Of a stretch of 64,000 bases of DNA, positions 10,484 to 20,487 are shown piece by piece (within the stretch, counting starts at the first letter, position 1; each line of letters starts with the position of its first letter). Location of the stretch: contig JAFRVZ010000006.1 of assembly GCA_017438265.1 (NCBI GenBank), forward strand, positions 46,606 to 110,605. Reading direction: 5' to 3'. This stretch comes from Bacteroidales bacterium. GTDB taxonomy: Bacteria; Bacteroidota; Bacteroidia; Bacteroidales; UBA932. Made by a program: the position numbers and the translations under genes. The notes beneath the pieces are model-generated. The model worked only from the letters and a program-made list of their open reading frames with translations. It was not told where the DNA came from and searched no databases.

Positions 10484-10584
10484 TCGAAAATCCCTTGCAA
10501 AGCCGAAAACATACAAAGTTATGTAAAAATTTTCGAAAAATTGTTATTTTTAAAGATGTAATTGCAAGAATAATAGTCATTTTG

Positions 10585-11250
10585 GTGGATTCTGTCTTAT
10601 TTTTGAGTTTTTCCGGGCTCCTGGAGGACGCTTCGTATGCGTCCTTGCGGACCGGTTGCAGGGTGCTGGATTTCACGCAGTTGGAAGGAACCAGCTGTTA
10701 TTGCGCGCCGGAATCCGCCGCCCGGATCCGGGAGAAAATCGCCTCAAGCGACCCGGCCGGACTCCATTGGATCGATACCGGAGATTACCACTATCTGACC
10801 CTGTTCTGGCTCGAAAGGCTGGCCCGCCCCTGCATCCTCCTGTACTACGACAACCATCCGGACGACCAGGACGCCGCCTTCGGGGATGGTCTCCTTTCCT
10901 GCGGCAACTGGGTCGCCGCGGCGCGGCGCCTGCCGCAGGTCGCGGGCGTCTTCCGGAACGGCGTCCCGGAAAGGGACTGGAACCCGGCGGGACTGCCGGT
11001 CTACGTGTCCGTCGACAAGGACGTGCTGACGCCGGATTTCGCGCGCACGGACTGGGACCAGGGGGAGATGACGCTTCCGCAGCTGCTGGACAGCCTCGGG
11101 CGGGTCGCCGCGGCCGCGCCGCTGCTCGGCGCGGACCTTTGCGGGGGCCTTACGGTCTCGAAAGGAGCGACCCCGGAAGACTTTCAGATTAACGCGAAAA
11201 CGGATGGTATTCTTCGGGATTTTTTGCTACCTTTGATGAGATATGACTGA
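10585..11250 (+). CDS. Arginase/ureohydrolase-family protein
   Basis: LEGTSCYC, DTGDYHY, YDNHPD, LSCGNW, YVSVDKDVL, WDQG, GADLCG. Start GTG 10585 inferred. Confidence 0.75.
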   Translation: MDSVLFLSFSGLLEDASYASLRTGCRVLDFTQLEGTSCYCAPESAARIREKIASSDPAGLHWIDTGDYHYLTLFWLERLARPCILLYYDNHPDDQDAAFGDGLLSCGNWVAAARRLPQVAGVFRNGVPERDWNPAGLPVYVSVDKDVLTPDFARTDWDQGEMTLPQLLDSLGRVAAAAPLLGADLCGGLTVSKGATPEDFQINAKTDGILRDFLLPLMRYD

Positions 11251-11995
11251 AGTGCTTCTCCCGGATTCGCGTGACCGCCGCCTGACATTCTTCCTTGCGA
11301 TGGAAGAGTATCTGGCGCGGGATGTCCGGGAGGATCTCGTATTCCTTTGGCAGACCGGACCGACCGTGATTTTCGGCCGCAACCAGGATATGGCTGCGGA
11401 GGTGAACGTGCCTTTCTGCGAGGAACGGGGGATTGCGCTGGTGCGCCGCAAGAGCGGCGGCGGCTGCGTCTATTCCGACCGGGGCAACCTGATGGTTTCC
11501 TGCATTACGCCGGACACGAATGCGGCGGCGGTCTTCGCGCGCTTCCTCGGGCAGCTCGCCGGGGCCCTCTCGGACCTGGGGCTCCCTGCCGTCGTGACGG
11601 AGCACAACGACATCCTGGTGGACGGCCGGAAGGTGTCCGGAAACGCCTTTTACGGTCTCCCGCAGGGCAGCATCGTCCACGGCACAATGCTCTACGACCT
11701 CGATGTGGCGACGATGGAGCTGGCGCTGACGCCGTCCGGCGAGAAGCTGGCACGCCACGCCGTCGCCTCCGTGCGGGCGCGCGTCCGCAATCTCCGCGCG
11801 TTCGCGGAGGGCGTCCCGCAGCTCGCCTCCTGCGCGGCGCTGCGCGACTGGCTCGCCTCCCGGCTCGCCGACGGCTCCCGCGTCCTGACGGAAGCGGAGC
11901 TCCGCACGATCGAATCGATTGAAAAACAATATACAGACCCTGTTTTTTTATATGGAAAACGAAAATTCAACACTCCAACTGACCTGCCTGCATGA
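11243..11995 (+). CDS. lplA: Lipoate-protein ligase A (catalytic domain only)
   Basis: VIFGRNQ, RRKSGGGCVYSDRGN, NDILVDGRKVSGNA, HGTMLYD; located directly before the gcv genes. Confidence 0.9.
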   Translation: MTEVLLPDSRDRRLTFFLAMEEYLARDVREDLVFLWQTGPTVIFGRNQDMAAEVNVPFCEERGIALVRRKSGGGCVYSDRGNLMVSCITPDTNAAAVFARFLGQLAGALSDLGLPAVVTEHNDILVDGRKVSGNAFYGLPQGSIVHGTMLYDLDVATMELALTPSGEKLARHAVASVRARVRNLRAFAEGVPQLASCAALRDWLASRLADGSRVLTEAELRTIESIEKQYTDPVFLYGKRKFNTPTDLPA

Positions 11996-13064
11996 CCGGC
12001 ACCTCGCCCTGTGTGCGAAGATGAGCCCCTTCGCGGGCTTCGACATGCCGATCCAGTATTCCGGCATCACGGAAGAGCATAACGCCGTGCGCAACGCCGT
12101 CGGTATGTTCGACGTGTCCCATATGGGCGAAATCTTCGTGAGCGGACCGGACTCCCGCCGCTTTGTCAACCACATCTTCACGAACGACGTGACGGACCTG
12201 CCCGCCGGGAAAATCCTCTACGGCATGATGCTGTATCCGGACGGCGGCACGGTCGACGACCTCCTCGTCTACAAGGAGACGGCGCCGGACGGGTTCCTGC
12301 TCGTCGTGAACGCCTCCAACATCGCCAAGGACGAAGCCTGGATCCGCGAAAATGCCGCCGGCTTCGACGTCGTGATCCGCAACGAGTCGCCCGACTGGGG
12401 CCAGATTGCCGTCCAAGGGCCCGGCGCGGAGAAGGCCGTCGTCGAGGTCCTGGGCCTTGCCGAGGCCGCCCCGCTGGGCTTCTACGAGTTCTGTGAGACC
12501 GCCTGGGAAGGCGTGCGCCTGATCCTGAGCCGTACCGGCTATACCGGCGAAGATGGCTTCGAGCTTTATACGACCCCGGAGAAGATCTGCCGGATGTGGG
12601 ACAAGCTCCTTGCCGCGGGCGTCGTTCCCTGCGGCCTGGGCTGCCGCGATACGCTCCGCTTCGAAGCGGGCCTGCCGCTGTACGGGGACGAGCTCAGCCC
12701 GGAGATTTCCCCGGTGATGGCCGGCTTTTCGATGTTCTGCAAGCTGGACAAGGACGAGTTCATCGGCAAGGAGGCCCTGGCGGCCCAGAAAGCCGGCGGC
12801 GTGGCCCGCAAACTCGTCGGCATCGAGATCCACGACAAGGCCATCCCGCGCGCCGGTTATCCCGTCGAACTGGAGGACGGTACGGAAGTCGGCGTCGTGA
12901 CGACCGGCTACCACAGCATCACCCTCGACAAGAGCATCTGCTTCGCCCTCGTCGATGCCGCCTATGCCCCGCTGGGGACCCCGCTTTGGATCCGCATCCG
13001 CAAGAAGACCTTCCCCGGAGAAGTGGTCAGGAAACGTTTCTATCAGACAAACTACAAAAAATAA
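11952..13064 (+). CDS. gcvT: Glycine cleavage system aminomethyltransferase T
   Basis: FAGFDMPIQY, EHNAVR, FDVSHMGE, SRTGYTGEDGFE, GLGCRDTLRFEAG. Confidence 0.96.
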   Translation: MENENSTLQLTCLHDRHLALCAKMSPFAGFDMPIQYSGITEEHNAVRNAVGMFDVSHMGEIFVSGPDSRRFVNHIFTNDVTDLPAGKILYGMMLYPDGGTVDDLLVYKETAPDGFLLVVNASNIAKDEAWIRENAAGFDVVIRNESPDWGQIAVQGPGAEKAVVEVLGLAEAAPLGFYEFCETAWEGVRLILSRTGYTGEDGFELYTTPEKICRMWDKLLAAGVVPCGLGCRDTLRFEAGLPLYGDELSPEISPVMAGFSMFCKLDKDEFIGKEALAAQKAGGVARKLVGIEIHDKAIPRAGYPVELEDGTEVGVVTTGYHSITLDKSICFALVDAAYAPLGTPLWIRIRKKTFPGEVVRKRFYQTNYKK

Positions 13065-13072
13065 ATAAAGCC

Positions 13073-13450
13073 ATGGCAAAGATTATTGAAGGACTCAAGT
13101 ATGCCCCCACCCACGAGTGGGTGCGTGTCGAAGGCGGCGTCGCCGTCATCGGTGTAACCGATTTCGCCCAGATGGAAATGGGTGACATTACCTATGTGGA
13201 CGCCCCCGAGGTGGACGACGAGGTCGTCGCCGGCGAGGAATTCGGTGCGCTGGAGAGCGTGAAAGCCTCCTCCGACCTGATTTCCCCGGTTTCCGGAAAG
13301 GTCGTCGAGGTCAACGCCGAACTCGAGGACGCCCCCGAGAAGATCAACGAGGACGCTTTCGCGAACTGGATCATCAAGGTGGAGATGAGCGATCCGTCCG
13401 AGCTGGACGCCCTGCTCGACGCCGCCGCGTACAAGAACATTTCGGAGTAG
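13073..13450 (+). CDS. gcvH: Glycine cleavage system H protein
   Basis: From ATG 13073: HEWV, GVTDFAQ, GDITYVD, lipoyl-lysine motif LESVKASSDLISPVSG. Confidence 0.96.
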   Translation: MAKIIEGLKYAPTHEWVRVEGGVAVIGVTDFAQMEMGDITYVDAPEVDDEVVAGEEFGALESVKASSDLISPVSGKVVEVNAELEDAPEKINEDAFANWIIKVEMSDPSELDALLDAAAYKNISE

Positions 13451-13454
13451 CGCG

Positions 13455-14780
13455 ATGTTCCAATACTTCCCCCACACCGGCGAAGACATTCGCCGTATGC
13501 TGGAGCGCATCGGGGCGGACAGCCTGGATGCGCTTTACGCGGACGTGCCGGAACGCTTCATCTACCGCGGGGAGTACGATCTCCCCGCCGCGATGAGCGA
13601 GCAGCAGGTCCGGGACTTCTTCGAGGGCCTCGCGGCAAAGAATCCGAAGCTGAAGGTGTTCGCCGGGGCAGGTGCCTATGACCACTATACCCCCTCCGTC
13701 ATCCCTTACATCACCTCCCGCTCCGAGTTCCTCACGGCCTACACGCCCTACCAGAGTGAAATCTCGCAGGGAACCCTGCGCTATATCTTCGAATTCCAGA
13801 CGGTCGTCTGCTCGCTGACGGGAATGGATGTCTCGAACGCGTCGATGTACGACGGCCCGACGGCCGCCGCTGAAGCGATGCGCATCTGCGTCAGCCAGGC
13901 GAAGAAGAAGAATACCGTGCTCGTCTCCGCGACCCTGCTGCCGCAGGTGCTGAAGGTGATGGAGGTCTATGCGCTGAACGCCGGAGTCCGCCTTGTGCGC
14001 ATCCCGGCCGAAGGCGGGCAGACCTCCCTGCAGGCGCTTGGGGAGCTGATTGCCGCGGGTGACGTTGCAGGCGCTGTCGTGCCCTCGCTGAACCGCTACG
14101 GCATCATTGAGGACCACGCCGGCTTCGCCGACGCACTCCACGCTGCGGGCGCACTGCTGGTCGAATACTGCGATCCGTCGGCGCTCGCCGTGCTGAAGTC
14201 GCCGGCGGAATGGGGCGCGGACGTCGCCGTCGGCGACGGCCAGCCGCTCGGCATTCCGCTCTGCTACGGCGGCCCCTATGTGGGCTTCATGGCCTGCCGG
14301 CAGGCGCTGATCCGCAAACTCCCCGGCCGCATCGTGGGGGAGACCGTGGACAAGGACGGCAAGCGCTGCTATGTCCTGACGCTCCAGGCCCGCGAGCAGC
14401 ACATCCGCCGCGAGAAGGCGAGTTCCAACATCTGCTCGAACGAGTCCCTGATGGCCCTCTGGGTCACGGTCTATGCTGCGCTGATGGGCCCCGAGGGGCT
14501 GCGCGAAGTCAATGAAATCAGCTACGGCGGAGCCCATTATCTCGAGCAGCAGCTGCTCGCGACCGGGAAGTTCGAAAAGGTCTTCGATGCGCCGTTCCTG
14601 AAAGAATTCGTCCTGAAACCGCTGGTGCCGGTCGAAGAACTGCAGCAGAAGCTGCTGGACGCCGGCTTCTTCGGTGCGCTGAAGACGGAGGAGGGGTATG
14701 TCTCCTTCTGCGTGACCGAGAAGCGCACCCGGGCGGAAATCGACCGAATGGTAAACGTAATCCGGGAGGGCTGGCTATGA
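13455..14780 (+). CDS. gcvPA: Glycine dehydrogenase subunit 1
   Basis: GAGAYDHY, EFLTAYTPYQSEISQG, NASMYDG, QAREQHIRREKASSNICSN. Confidence 0.95.
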   Translation: MFQYFPHTGEDIRRMLERIGADSLDALYADVPERFIYRGEYDLPAAMSEQQVRDFFEGLAAKNPKLKVFAGAGAYDHYTPSVIPYITSRSEFLTAYTPYQSEISQGTLRYIFEFQTVVCSLTGMDVSNASMYDGPTAAAEAMRICVSQAKKKNTVLVSATLLPQVLKVMEVYALNAGVRLVRIPAEGGQTSLQALGELIAAGDVAGAVVPSLNRYGIIEDHAGFADALHAAGALLVEYCDPSALAVLKSPAEWGADVAVGDGQPLGIPLCYGGPYVGFMACRQALIRKLPGRIVGETVDKDGKRCYVLTLQAREQHIRREKASSNICSNESLMALWVTVYAALMGPEGLREVNEISYGGAHYLEQQLLATGKFEKVFDAPFLKEFVLKPLVPVEELQQKLLDAGFFGALKTEEGYVSFCVTEKRTRAEIDRMVNVIREGWL

Positions 14781-16180
14781 AATACTACGACAAACTGATC
14801 TTCGAACTTTCCAGGCCCGGCCGCAAGGGTTATTCCCTGCCGGAGAATCCTTACGGACCGATGCTGCTGCCCGCCGGCCTGGGCCGCGGGTCGAAGGCGA
14901 TGCTGCCGGAAGTCAGCGAACCCGACGTGGTCCGCCATTATACGAACCTCTCCCAGATGAACTTCGGCGTCGATACGGGTTATTATCCGCTCGGCAGCTG
15001 TACGATGAAGTACAATCCGAAGATCAACGAGGAAATCGCCGCGATGCCCGCGTTCCAGGGCCTCCATCCGCTGCAGGACGAGGCGACCGTGCCGGGTGTG
15101 AAGGCGGTCTATGAGGGCATGGACAAGGCCCTCTGCGCGATTACGGGGATGAAGCACTTCATCTTCACGCCCTGCGCCGGCGCCCACGGCGAACTGACCG
15201 GCCTGATGATCATCCGCGAGTACCACCGCCGCCGCGGCGACCTCGCCCGCACGAAGATCATCGTCCCCGACAGCGCCCACGGAACGAATCCCGCCTCCGC
15301 GGCCGTCTGCGGCCTCGAGGTCGTCGAGGTCCGCTCGACGGAGAACGGCCTCGTGGATGTCGCCGACCTGGAGAAGCTGCTCGGTCCGGACATCGCTGGC
15401 ATCATGCTGACGAATCCCAACACCCTCGGCCTGTTCGAACGCGAGATCGGCCGCATCGCCGAACTCGTCCACGCCTGCGGCGGCCTCCTGTACTATGACG
15501 GCGCGAATATGAATCCGCTGCTCGGGATGGTCCGTCCGGGGGACATGGACTTCGACGTGATGCACCTGAACCTCCACAAGACCTTCAGCACGCCCCACGG
15601 CGGCGGCGGTCCGGGCTCCGGTCCGGTCGGCGTCTGCGCGAAGCTCGCCGGGATCGCCGATACGATGCAGGTGTCCGGTTTCCATGGCAATTTCGGCGTC
15701 ATCCTGCGTGCGTATGCGTATATCCTGAGCCTCGGCCGGGAGCACGTCAAGATGGCCGGAAAACTGTCCGTCCTGAACGCCAACTATATCAAGGAAAGCC
15801 TGAAGGACTGCTACAAGCTTCCGATCGGCAGCGTCTGCAAGCACGAGTTCGTCTTCGACGGCCTCGTGGATGACGGCTCCGCGACCGGCAAGGCCGGCGC
15901 GACGACGCTCGACGTCGCGAAGCGCCTGCTCGACTTCGGCTTCCACGCCCCGACGATCTACTTCCCGCTGCTCTTCCATCAGGCGATGATGATCGAGCCG
16001 ACGGAGACGGAATCCCCGGAGACGCTGGACGCCTTCATCGAGGTCCTGCGGACCATCGCCGCCGAGGCGGCCGCCGATCCGGACATCCTCCACCAGGCCC
16101 CGCACGGGACGCCCGTGAGCCGTCCGGATGAGACCCGCGCCGCCCGCACGCCAGTCGTCAAATACACCCCCGCGGTATGA
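14777..16180 (+). CDS. gcvPB: Glycine dehydrogenase subunit 2
   Basis: YPLGSCTMKYNP, AGAHGE, SAHGTNPASA, HLNLHKTFSTPHGGGGPG (PLP lysine). Confidence 0.95.
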   Translation: MKYYDKLIFELSRPGRKGYSLPENPYGPMLLPAGLGRGSKAMLPEVSEPDVVRHYTNLSQMNFGVDTGYYPLGSCTMKYNPKINEEIAAMPAFQGLHPLQDEATVPGVKAVYEGMDKALCAITGMKHFIFTPCAGAHGELTGLMIIREYHRRRGDLARTKIIVPDSAHGTNPASAAVCGLEVVEVRSTENGLVDVADLEKLLGPDIAGIMLTNPNTLGLFEREIGRIAELVHACGGLLYYDGANMNPLLGMVRPGDMDFDVMHLNLHKTFSTPHGGGGPGSGPVGVCAKLAGIADTMQVSGFHGNFGVILRAYAYILSLGREHVKMAGKLSVLNANYIKESLKDCYKLPIGSVCKHEFVFDGLVDDGSATGKAGATTLDVAKRLLDFGFHAPTIYFPLLFHQAMMIEPTETESPETLDAFIEVLRTIAAEAAADPDILHQAPHGTPVSRPDETRAARTPVVKYTPAV

Positions 16181-17445
16181 GAATCCTGATTATCGGAGCC
16201 GGCCCCGGCGGCTATGAGACCGCCGCCGAGGCCGCCAAACGCGGTTTCGAGGTAACCCTCGTGACGGAAGGTCCCTTCGGGGGAACCTGCCTGAACGAGG
16301 GTTGCATTCCGACCAAGACGCTGGTCCATTGCGACGGGACCCTCGCCGAAGCGCAGGCGCGCAAGGCGGAGGTCGTTTCGCAGCTGCGTGCCGGTGTCGC
16401 CTCGCTGCTTTCGAACAAACTGATCACGGTCGTCCAGGGCCACGCCGCCTTCCGGGATGCGAAAACCGTCGTCGTGGACGGAAATGCGTACACGGCGGAC
16501 AAGTTCATCATCGCGACGGGCTCCGTCCCGGCCGTCCTGCCCGTTCCGGGCGCGGACCGGCCGTCCGTGCTCGATTCGACCCGCATCCTGGCGCTGGAAG
16601 AGGTCCCGGCACGCCTCTGCGTAATCGGCGGCGGCGTAATCGGCCTCGAGTTCGCCTCCATCTTCCGGAAGTTCGGCGCCGAAGTGACGGTGGTCGAATA
16701 CGCGAAGGAAGTCCTGCCGAACTTCGACAGCGACCTTGCGAAGCGGCTGCGCCTTGCGCTGAAGGCGCGCGGCATCGCCGTCGAGACCGGCGCCTGCGTG
16801 ACGGAAATCGGGGACGGTTTCGTCCGGTATGAGAAGAAGGGGGAGACCGTGGACGTTCCCTGCGACAAGGTCCTGATGGCGGTCGGCCGCCGGCCGCGGG
16901 TCGATGACCTGGGCCTGGAGGCCGCCGGCGTGACATATTCCCGCCGCGGCGTCGCCGTCGATGACAACCTGCAGACCAATGTCCCGGACATCTACGCGAT
17001 CGGCGATGTCAACGCCCGCCTGATGCTGGCCCATGTCGCGACCTTTCAGGGCCGCCGCGCACTGAACCACATCCAGGGCCTTCCGGACCGGATCCGCTTC
17101 GACCTCGTGCCGGGCGCGGTCTTCACCGTCCCGGAAGCGGCCTCCGTCGGCCTCTCGGAAGACGCGGCGAAGGAGCGGGGGATGGCGGTCAAGTGCCTGA
17201 AGTCCTTCTACCGGGCGAACGGAAAGGCCGTTTCGATGGGCGAGACGGAAGGCTATTGCAAGTGGGTGACGGATGCGGAGAGCGGGAAGATTCTCGGCTG
17301 CCATCTGCTCGGAGCACACAGCTCCGACCTGGTTCACGAGGCGACCGTCCTCCTGAATTTCGGCGCTTCGGTCGATGACTTGAAGAATATCATCCACGCG
17401 CATCCGACCTTGTCGGAGGTGTTGGAGAGCGCCGTACTGTCGTAA
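16177..17445 (+). CDS. lpdA: Dihydrolipoyl dehydrogenase (GCS L protein)
   Basis: GAGPGG, GGTCLNEGCIPTK redox disulfide, GGGVIGLE, YAIGD, HAHPTLSE. Confidence 0.93.
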   Translation: MRILIIGAGPGGYETAAEAAKRGFEVTLVTEGPFGGTCLNEGCIPTKTLVHCDGTLAEAQARKAEVVSQLRAGVASLLSNKLITVVQGHAAFRDAKTVVVDGNAYTADKFIIATGSVPAVLPVPGADRPSVLDSTRILALEEVPARLCVIGGGVIGLEFASIFRKFGAEVTVVEYAKEVLPNFDSDLAKRLRLALKARGIAVETGACVTEIGDGFVRYEKKGETVDVPCDKVLMAVGRRPRVDDLGLEAAGVTYSRRGVAVDDNLQTNVPDIYAIGDVNARLMLAHVATFQGRRALNHIQGLPDRIRFDLVPGAVFTVPEAASVGLSEDAAKERGMAVKCLKSFYRANGKAVSMGETEGYCKWVTDAESGKILGCHLLGAHSSDLVHEATVLLNFGASVDDLKNIIHAHPTLSEVLESAVLS

Positions 17446-18524
17446 TAAAGATTGACGCGGGTCCGTTTCGGCTCGTCGTTTCCCTGGTATCCGGAGTAGC
17501 TTTCGTCTACCCGGATACTGATTTTCATCAGTCCCGCCTCGTCGGAGCTGTAGCCGGACAGGTACCATTTCGGGACGCTGTTGGCGTACTCCACGACGAT
17601 GTCGATGCACTCCCGGTAGCGGTCGAAGCCCGGGATGAGGTCCTGCTTGTCATTCACGCAGCGGAACAGGTTCTCGGCGGATTCCTCGTCCATCGAATAC
17701 TGGGCGTCCATCGCGATGTCGTGGATGATCTTCTCAATCTCTCCTTCCGGATAACCCAGGCCGGAGAGCATCGAAAGGAGCTTGCGGTACTGGGGCGTGT
17801 CCGTGCCGAAGCAGCTGTAGGGCGCGCCGGCGCCCGCGAGCAGCGCTTCGTTCCATGCCACGCGCCGGTAGTCCTTGATTTCCGGGAAGACCTTCCGGGA
17901 TTCCAGGATCGAGTCGAAGTCCATCGCGCAGGGGGAGAAGAAATACTGCTTTTCCTGGTAGTAGTCCTGGTAGATCTTGACGATCGGGCTTTCGCGCAGC
18001 ATCTCCCCGACCTGCTCCGCGTCCAGCCCCTCGGGATAATCCGTCTCCGCGATCAGGTCCACGAGCCGGTCCAGTTCGATCACGCCGTAGATGTTGAGGT
18101 AGCCGAGCAGGAGCCGCTCGACGGGGTAGATCATATTCTCTTCGTTCTCCCGCAGGATCTGGTCCACGTACGGGGCGATCAGGTCCAGGACTTCCGGCTC
18201 GAGCCAGACTTTCCGGACGTGCTCGTCCGTGCAGTCGCTCTGGACGACCTTGATCGTCTCGACGACGCTCGGGTAGTCCGGGTAGTCCAGCGAGAGGACG
18301 CCGCCGCCGGCGCGCACGAGGTTGCGCAGCAGCAGGACATCCCGCTCCGGCAGCCTTCCGAGCCAGTCCAGCGGGTAGTGGGCCAGGTAGTCGGCGAGCG
18401 CGTCGAGCAGTTCCGCCTTGCGGGTCGAGAGCGGGTAGTACAGGTCGAAGAATTCGAGTATCTCCGACAGGTCCCGTTTGATGCAGGGGGAAAAGGTGTT
18501 GTGAAACAGTTCGCGGACGTCCAT
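17334..18524 (-). CDS. Hypothetical protein; 3' end overlaps lpdA antisense by 112 bp
   Basis: Long acidic ORF with host-like codons from MDVRELF; TACCTTTG promoter on the minus strand at 18543-18550. Confidence 0.75.
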   Translation of the reverse strand: MDVRELFHNTFSPCIKRDLSEILEFFDLYYPLSTRKAELLDALADYLAHYPLDWLGRLPERDVLLLRNLVRAGGGVLSLDYPDYPSVVETIKVVQSDCTDEHVRKVWLEPEVLDLIAPYVDQILRENEENMIYPVERLLLGYLNIYGVIELDRLVDLIAETDYPEGLDAEQVGEMLRESPIVKIYQDYYQEKQYFFSPCAMDFDSILESRKVFPEIKDYRRVAWNEALLAGAGAPYSCFGTDTPQYRKLLSMLSGLGYPEGEIEKIIHDIAMDAQYSMDEESAENLFRCVNDKQDLIPGFDRYRECIDIVVEYANSVPKWYLSGYSSDEAGLMKISIRVDESYSGYQGNDEPKRTRVNLYYDSTALSNTSDKVGCAWMIFFKSSTEAPKFRRTVAS

Positions 18525-18577
18525 GGCAGTATCTGGAGTTGCCAAAGGTAATGATTTTTTTCTTATCTTTCCATCGT

Positions 18578-19252
18578 ATGACTCTCGAACCCGTCGCCAT
18601 CTTCCGTTCGCCCCTGTCCTCCAAGTTCGGCATCCCGCGCCAGAGCGGCCTTGTCCCGGCGCTGGCAGGGGAGATCCGGCTCGAAGGACGTTTCCGCCGC
18701 GAGGAAGCGCTCCGCGGGCTGGAAGGCTTCAGCCACCTCTGGCTCCTCTGGGGCTTCAGCGCCAACCGCGGGGCCGCCTCCGACTCGCTCCTGGTCCGCC
18801 CGCCGCGTCTCGGCGGCAACCGGAGCGTCGGCGTCTTCGCCTCCCGCTCCCCGTACCGCCCCAACCCGATCGGCCTTTCGAGCGTCCGCATCGAGCACAT
18901 CGACGCCGCGGCCGGCGTCATCCGCGTCAGCGGGGCCGACCTGATGGACGGGACCCCCGTCTACGACATCAAGCCCTACGTCAAATACACGGACAGCCAC
19001 CCCGACGCCCGTTCCGGTTTCGTCGACGAAACCCCCTGGCAGCCCCTGGAAGTCGTTATTCCCGCCGCGCTGGAATCCTGCTTCTCTCCGCAGGACCTCG
19101 CCGCCCTGCGGCAGCTTCTCGCCCAGGATCCCCGTCCGGCCTACCAGGACTCGGACAAGGCCTACGGCTTCCCCTTCGCCGGCCATGACATCCGTTTCAC
19201 CGTCTCCGGAAATACCCTTACCGTCCTTGCCTGCGTCCCGTCGGCGGTCTAG
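18578..19252 (+). CDS. trmO: tRNA (N6-threonylcarbamoyladenosine(37)-N6)-methyltransferase
   Basis: KFGIPRQSGL, VRPPRLGGN, GVFASRSPYRPNPIGLS, DGTPVYDIKPY, QDPRPAY. Confidence 0.93.
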   Translation: MTLEPVAIFRSPLSSKFGIPRQSGLVPALAGEIRLEGRFRREEALRGLEGFSHLWLLWGFSANRGAASDSLLVRPPRLGGNRSVGVFASRSPYRPNPIGLSSVRIEHIDAAAGVIRVSGADLMDGTPVYDIKPYVKYTDSHPDARSGFVDETPWQPLEVVIPAALESCFSPQDLAALRQLLAQDPRPAYQDSDKAYGFPFAGHDIRFTVSGNTLTVLACVPSAV

Positions 19253-20448
19253 TAGCAGAGGGTGCGGTAGGCGCGGAAGGTGGAGTCGAGGACGGGGAGG
19301 AATGCTTCCTTGATGGGTTCCTCGGAGGGGGATTCGAGGGTCAGGGGATTCACCGGGGAGCCGTTTATCCAGACACGGAAGTCGAGGTGGGGGCCGGTTG
19401 CGGTACCGGTCATGCCGACGTATCCGATGACTTCGCCCTGCTTGACGCGCTGGCCGACTTTCAGGCCGGCGGCGTAGCGGGACAGGTGGAGGTAGGCGGT
19501 CGTGTAGACCGAGTTGTGGCGGATGCGGACCGTGTTGCCGCCGCCGCCTTCGTAGGCCTTGCCGATGACGGTGCCGTCACCGATGGAGACGACGGGGGTG
19601 CCGGTCGGGGCGGCATAGTCGACGGCCGTGTGGGGGCGGACCTGGCCCGTGACGGGGTGCTTGCGGGCGTAGGAGAAGCCGGAGCTGATGCGGGAGAAGT
19701 GGAGGGGGGCCTTGAGGAAAGCCTTGCGCATGCTTTCGCCTTTCTCGTTCCAGTAGAGGTTGCCGCCGTCGCCCTGGTCCACCATGATGCAGTAGAGTTT
19801 GCTGGTGTCGCGGGCGAAGACGCTGAAATAGACCGTGTCGATGCTGATGACGGCGCCGTCGCAGTCCGTTTCGCCGTATTCGAGGCGGAAGCGGTCGCCT
19901 TTCTGCAGGCCGAAGAAGTCGACCGTCCAGGCGTAGATGTCCGAGAGCTTCAGGATCAGCTCCGGAGAGGCGCCGGCGGCGGTCATGTCGTTCCAGAGGG
20001 AGGAGTTGATCGTCACGTCCGCGGTCTTGCGGAGGTAGTCGACGGGACGGGCGGCCTTCCAGACCGCGAGGGAGTCAAAGCAGCGGAAGACGGTCTGGTT
20101 GACGCGGTCGTTCGAATAGACGAGGTAGTGCAGGGTCGCCGAGTCGGCGGGGTTGTAGTAGGCTTCGTAGCGGTTGCCGGCGCGCATTTTCCGGACGTCG
20201 AAGGTGCTGTCGCAGGCCTGGAAGAGGCGGTAGGCGTCGGCGGAATCCATTCCGAGGCGGGTCAGCAGGCCGCTGAAGGTCTCGCCGCTGCGGACTTCGC
20301 CGCTGCGGAGAAGAAGCGTATCCGTCAGGAAACCGAGCGGGTAGATCGTGTCTTTCTGGACGGCGGGCTCCGGCGCACGGCGGGCGTGGCGGCCGCTGCA
20401 GGAGAACAGCAGCGGGAGGAGCAGCAGGATAGCGGCGATTCGTCTCAT
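19249..20448 (-). CDS. M23 family peptidoglycan DD-endopeptidase (lipoprotein)
   Basis: Lipobox LLFSC; HTAVDYAA (HxxxD), YLHLS, TGPHLDF. True start ATG 20448. Confidence 0.9.
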   Translation of the reverse strand: MRRIAAILLLLPLLFSCSGRHARRAPEPAVQKDTIYPLGFLTDTLLLRSGEVRSGETFSGLLTRLGMDSADAYRLFQACDSTFDVRKMRAGNRYEAYYNPADSATLHYLVYSNDRVNQTVFRCFDSLAVWKAARPVDYLRKTADVTINSSLWNDMTAAGASPELILKLSDIYAWTVDFFGLQKGDRFRLEYGETDCDGAVISIDTVYFSVFARDTSKLYCIMVDQGDGGNLYWNEKGESMRKAFLKAPLHFSRISSGFSYARKHPVTGQVRPHTAVDYAAPTGTPVVSIGDGTVIGKAYEGGGGNTVRIRHNSVYTTAYLHLSRYAAGLKVGQRVKQGEVIGYVGMTGTATGPHLDFRVWINGSPVNPLTLESPSEEPIKEAFLPVLDSTFRAYRTLCY

Positions 20449-20487
20449 CTTTGCAAATATAGGGAAAAATGGTAACTTAGCGAAGTC

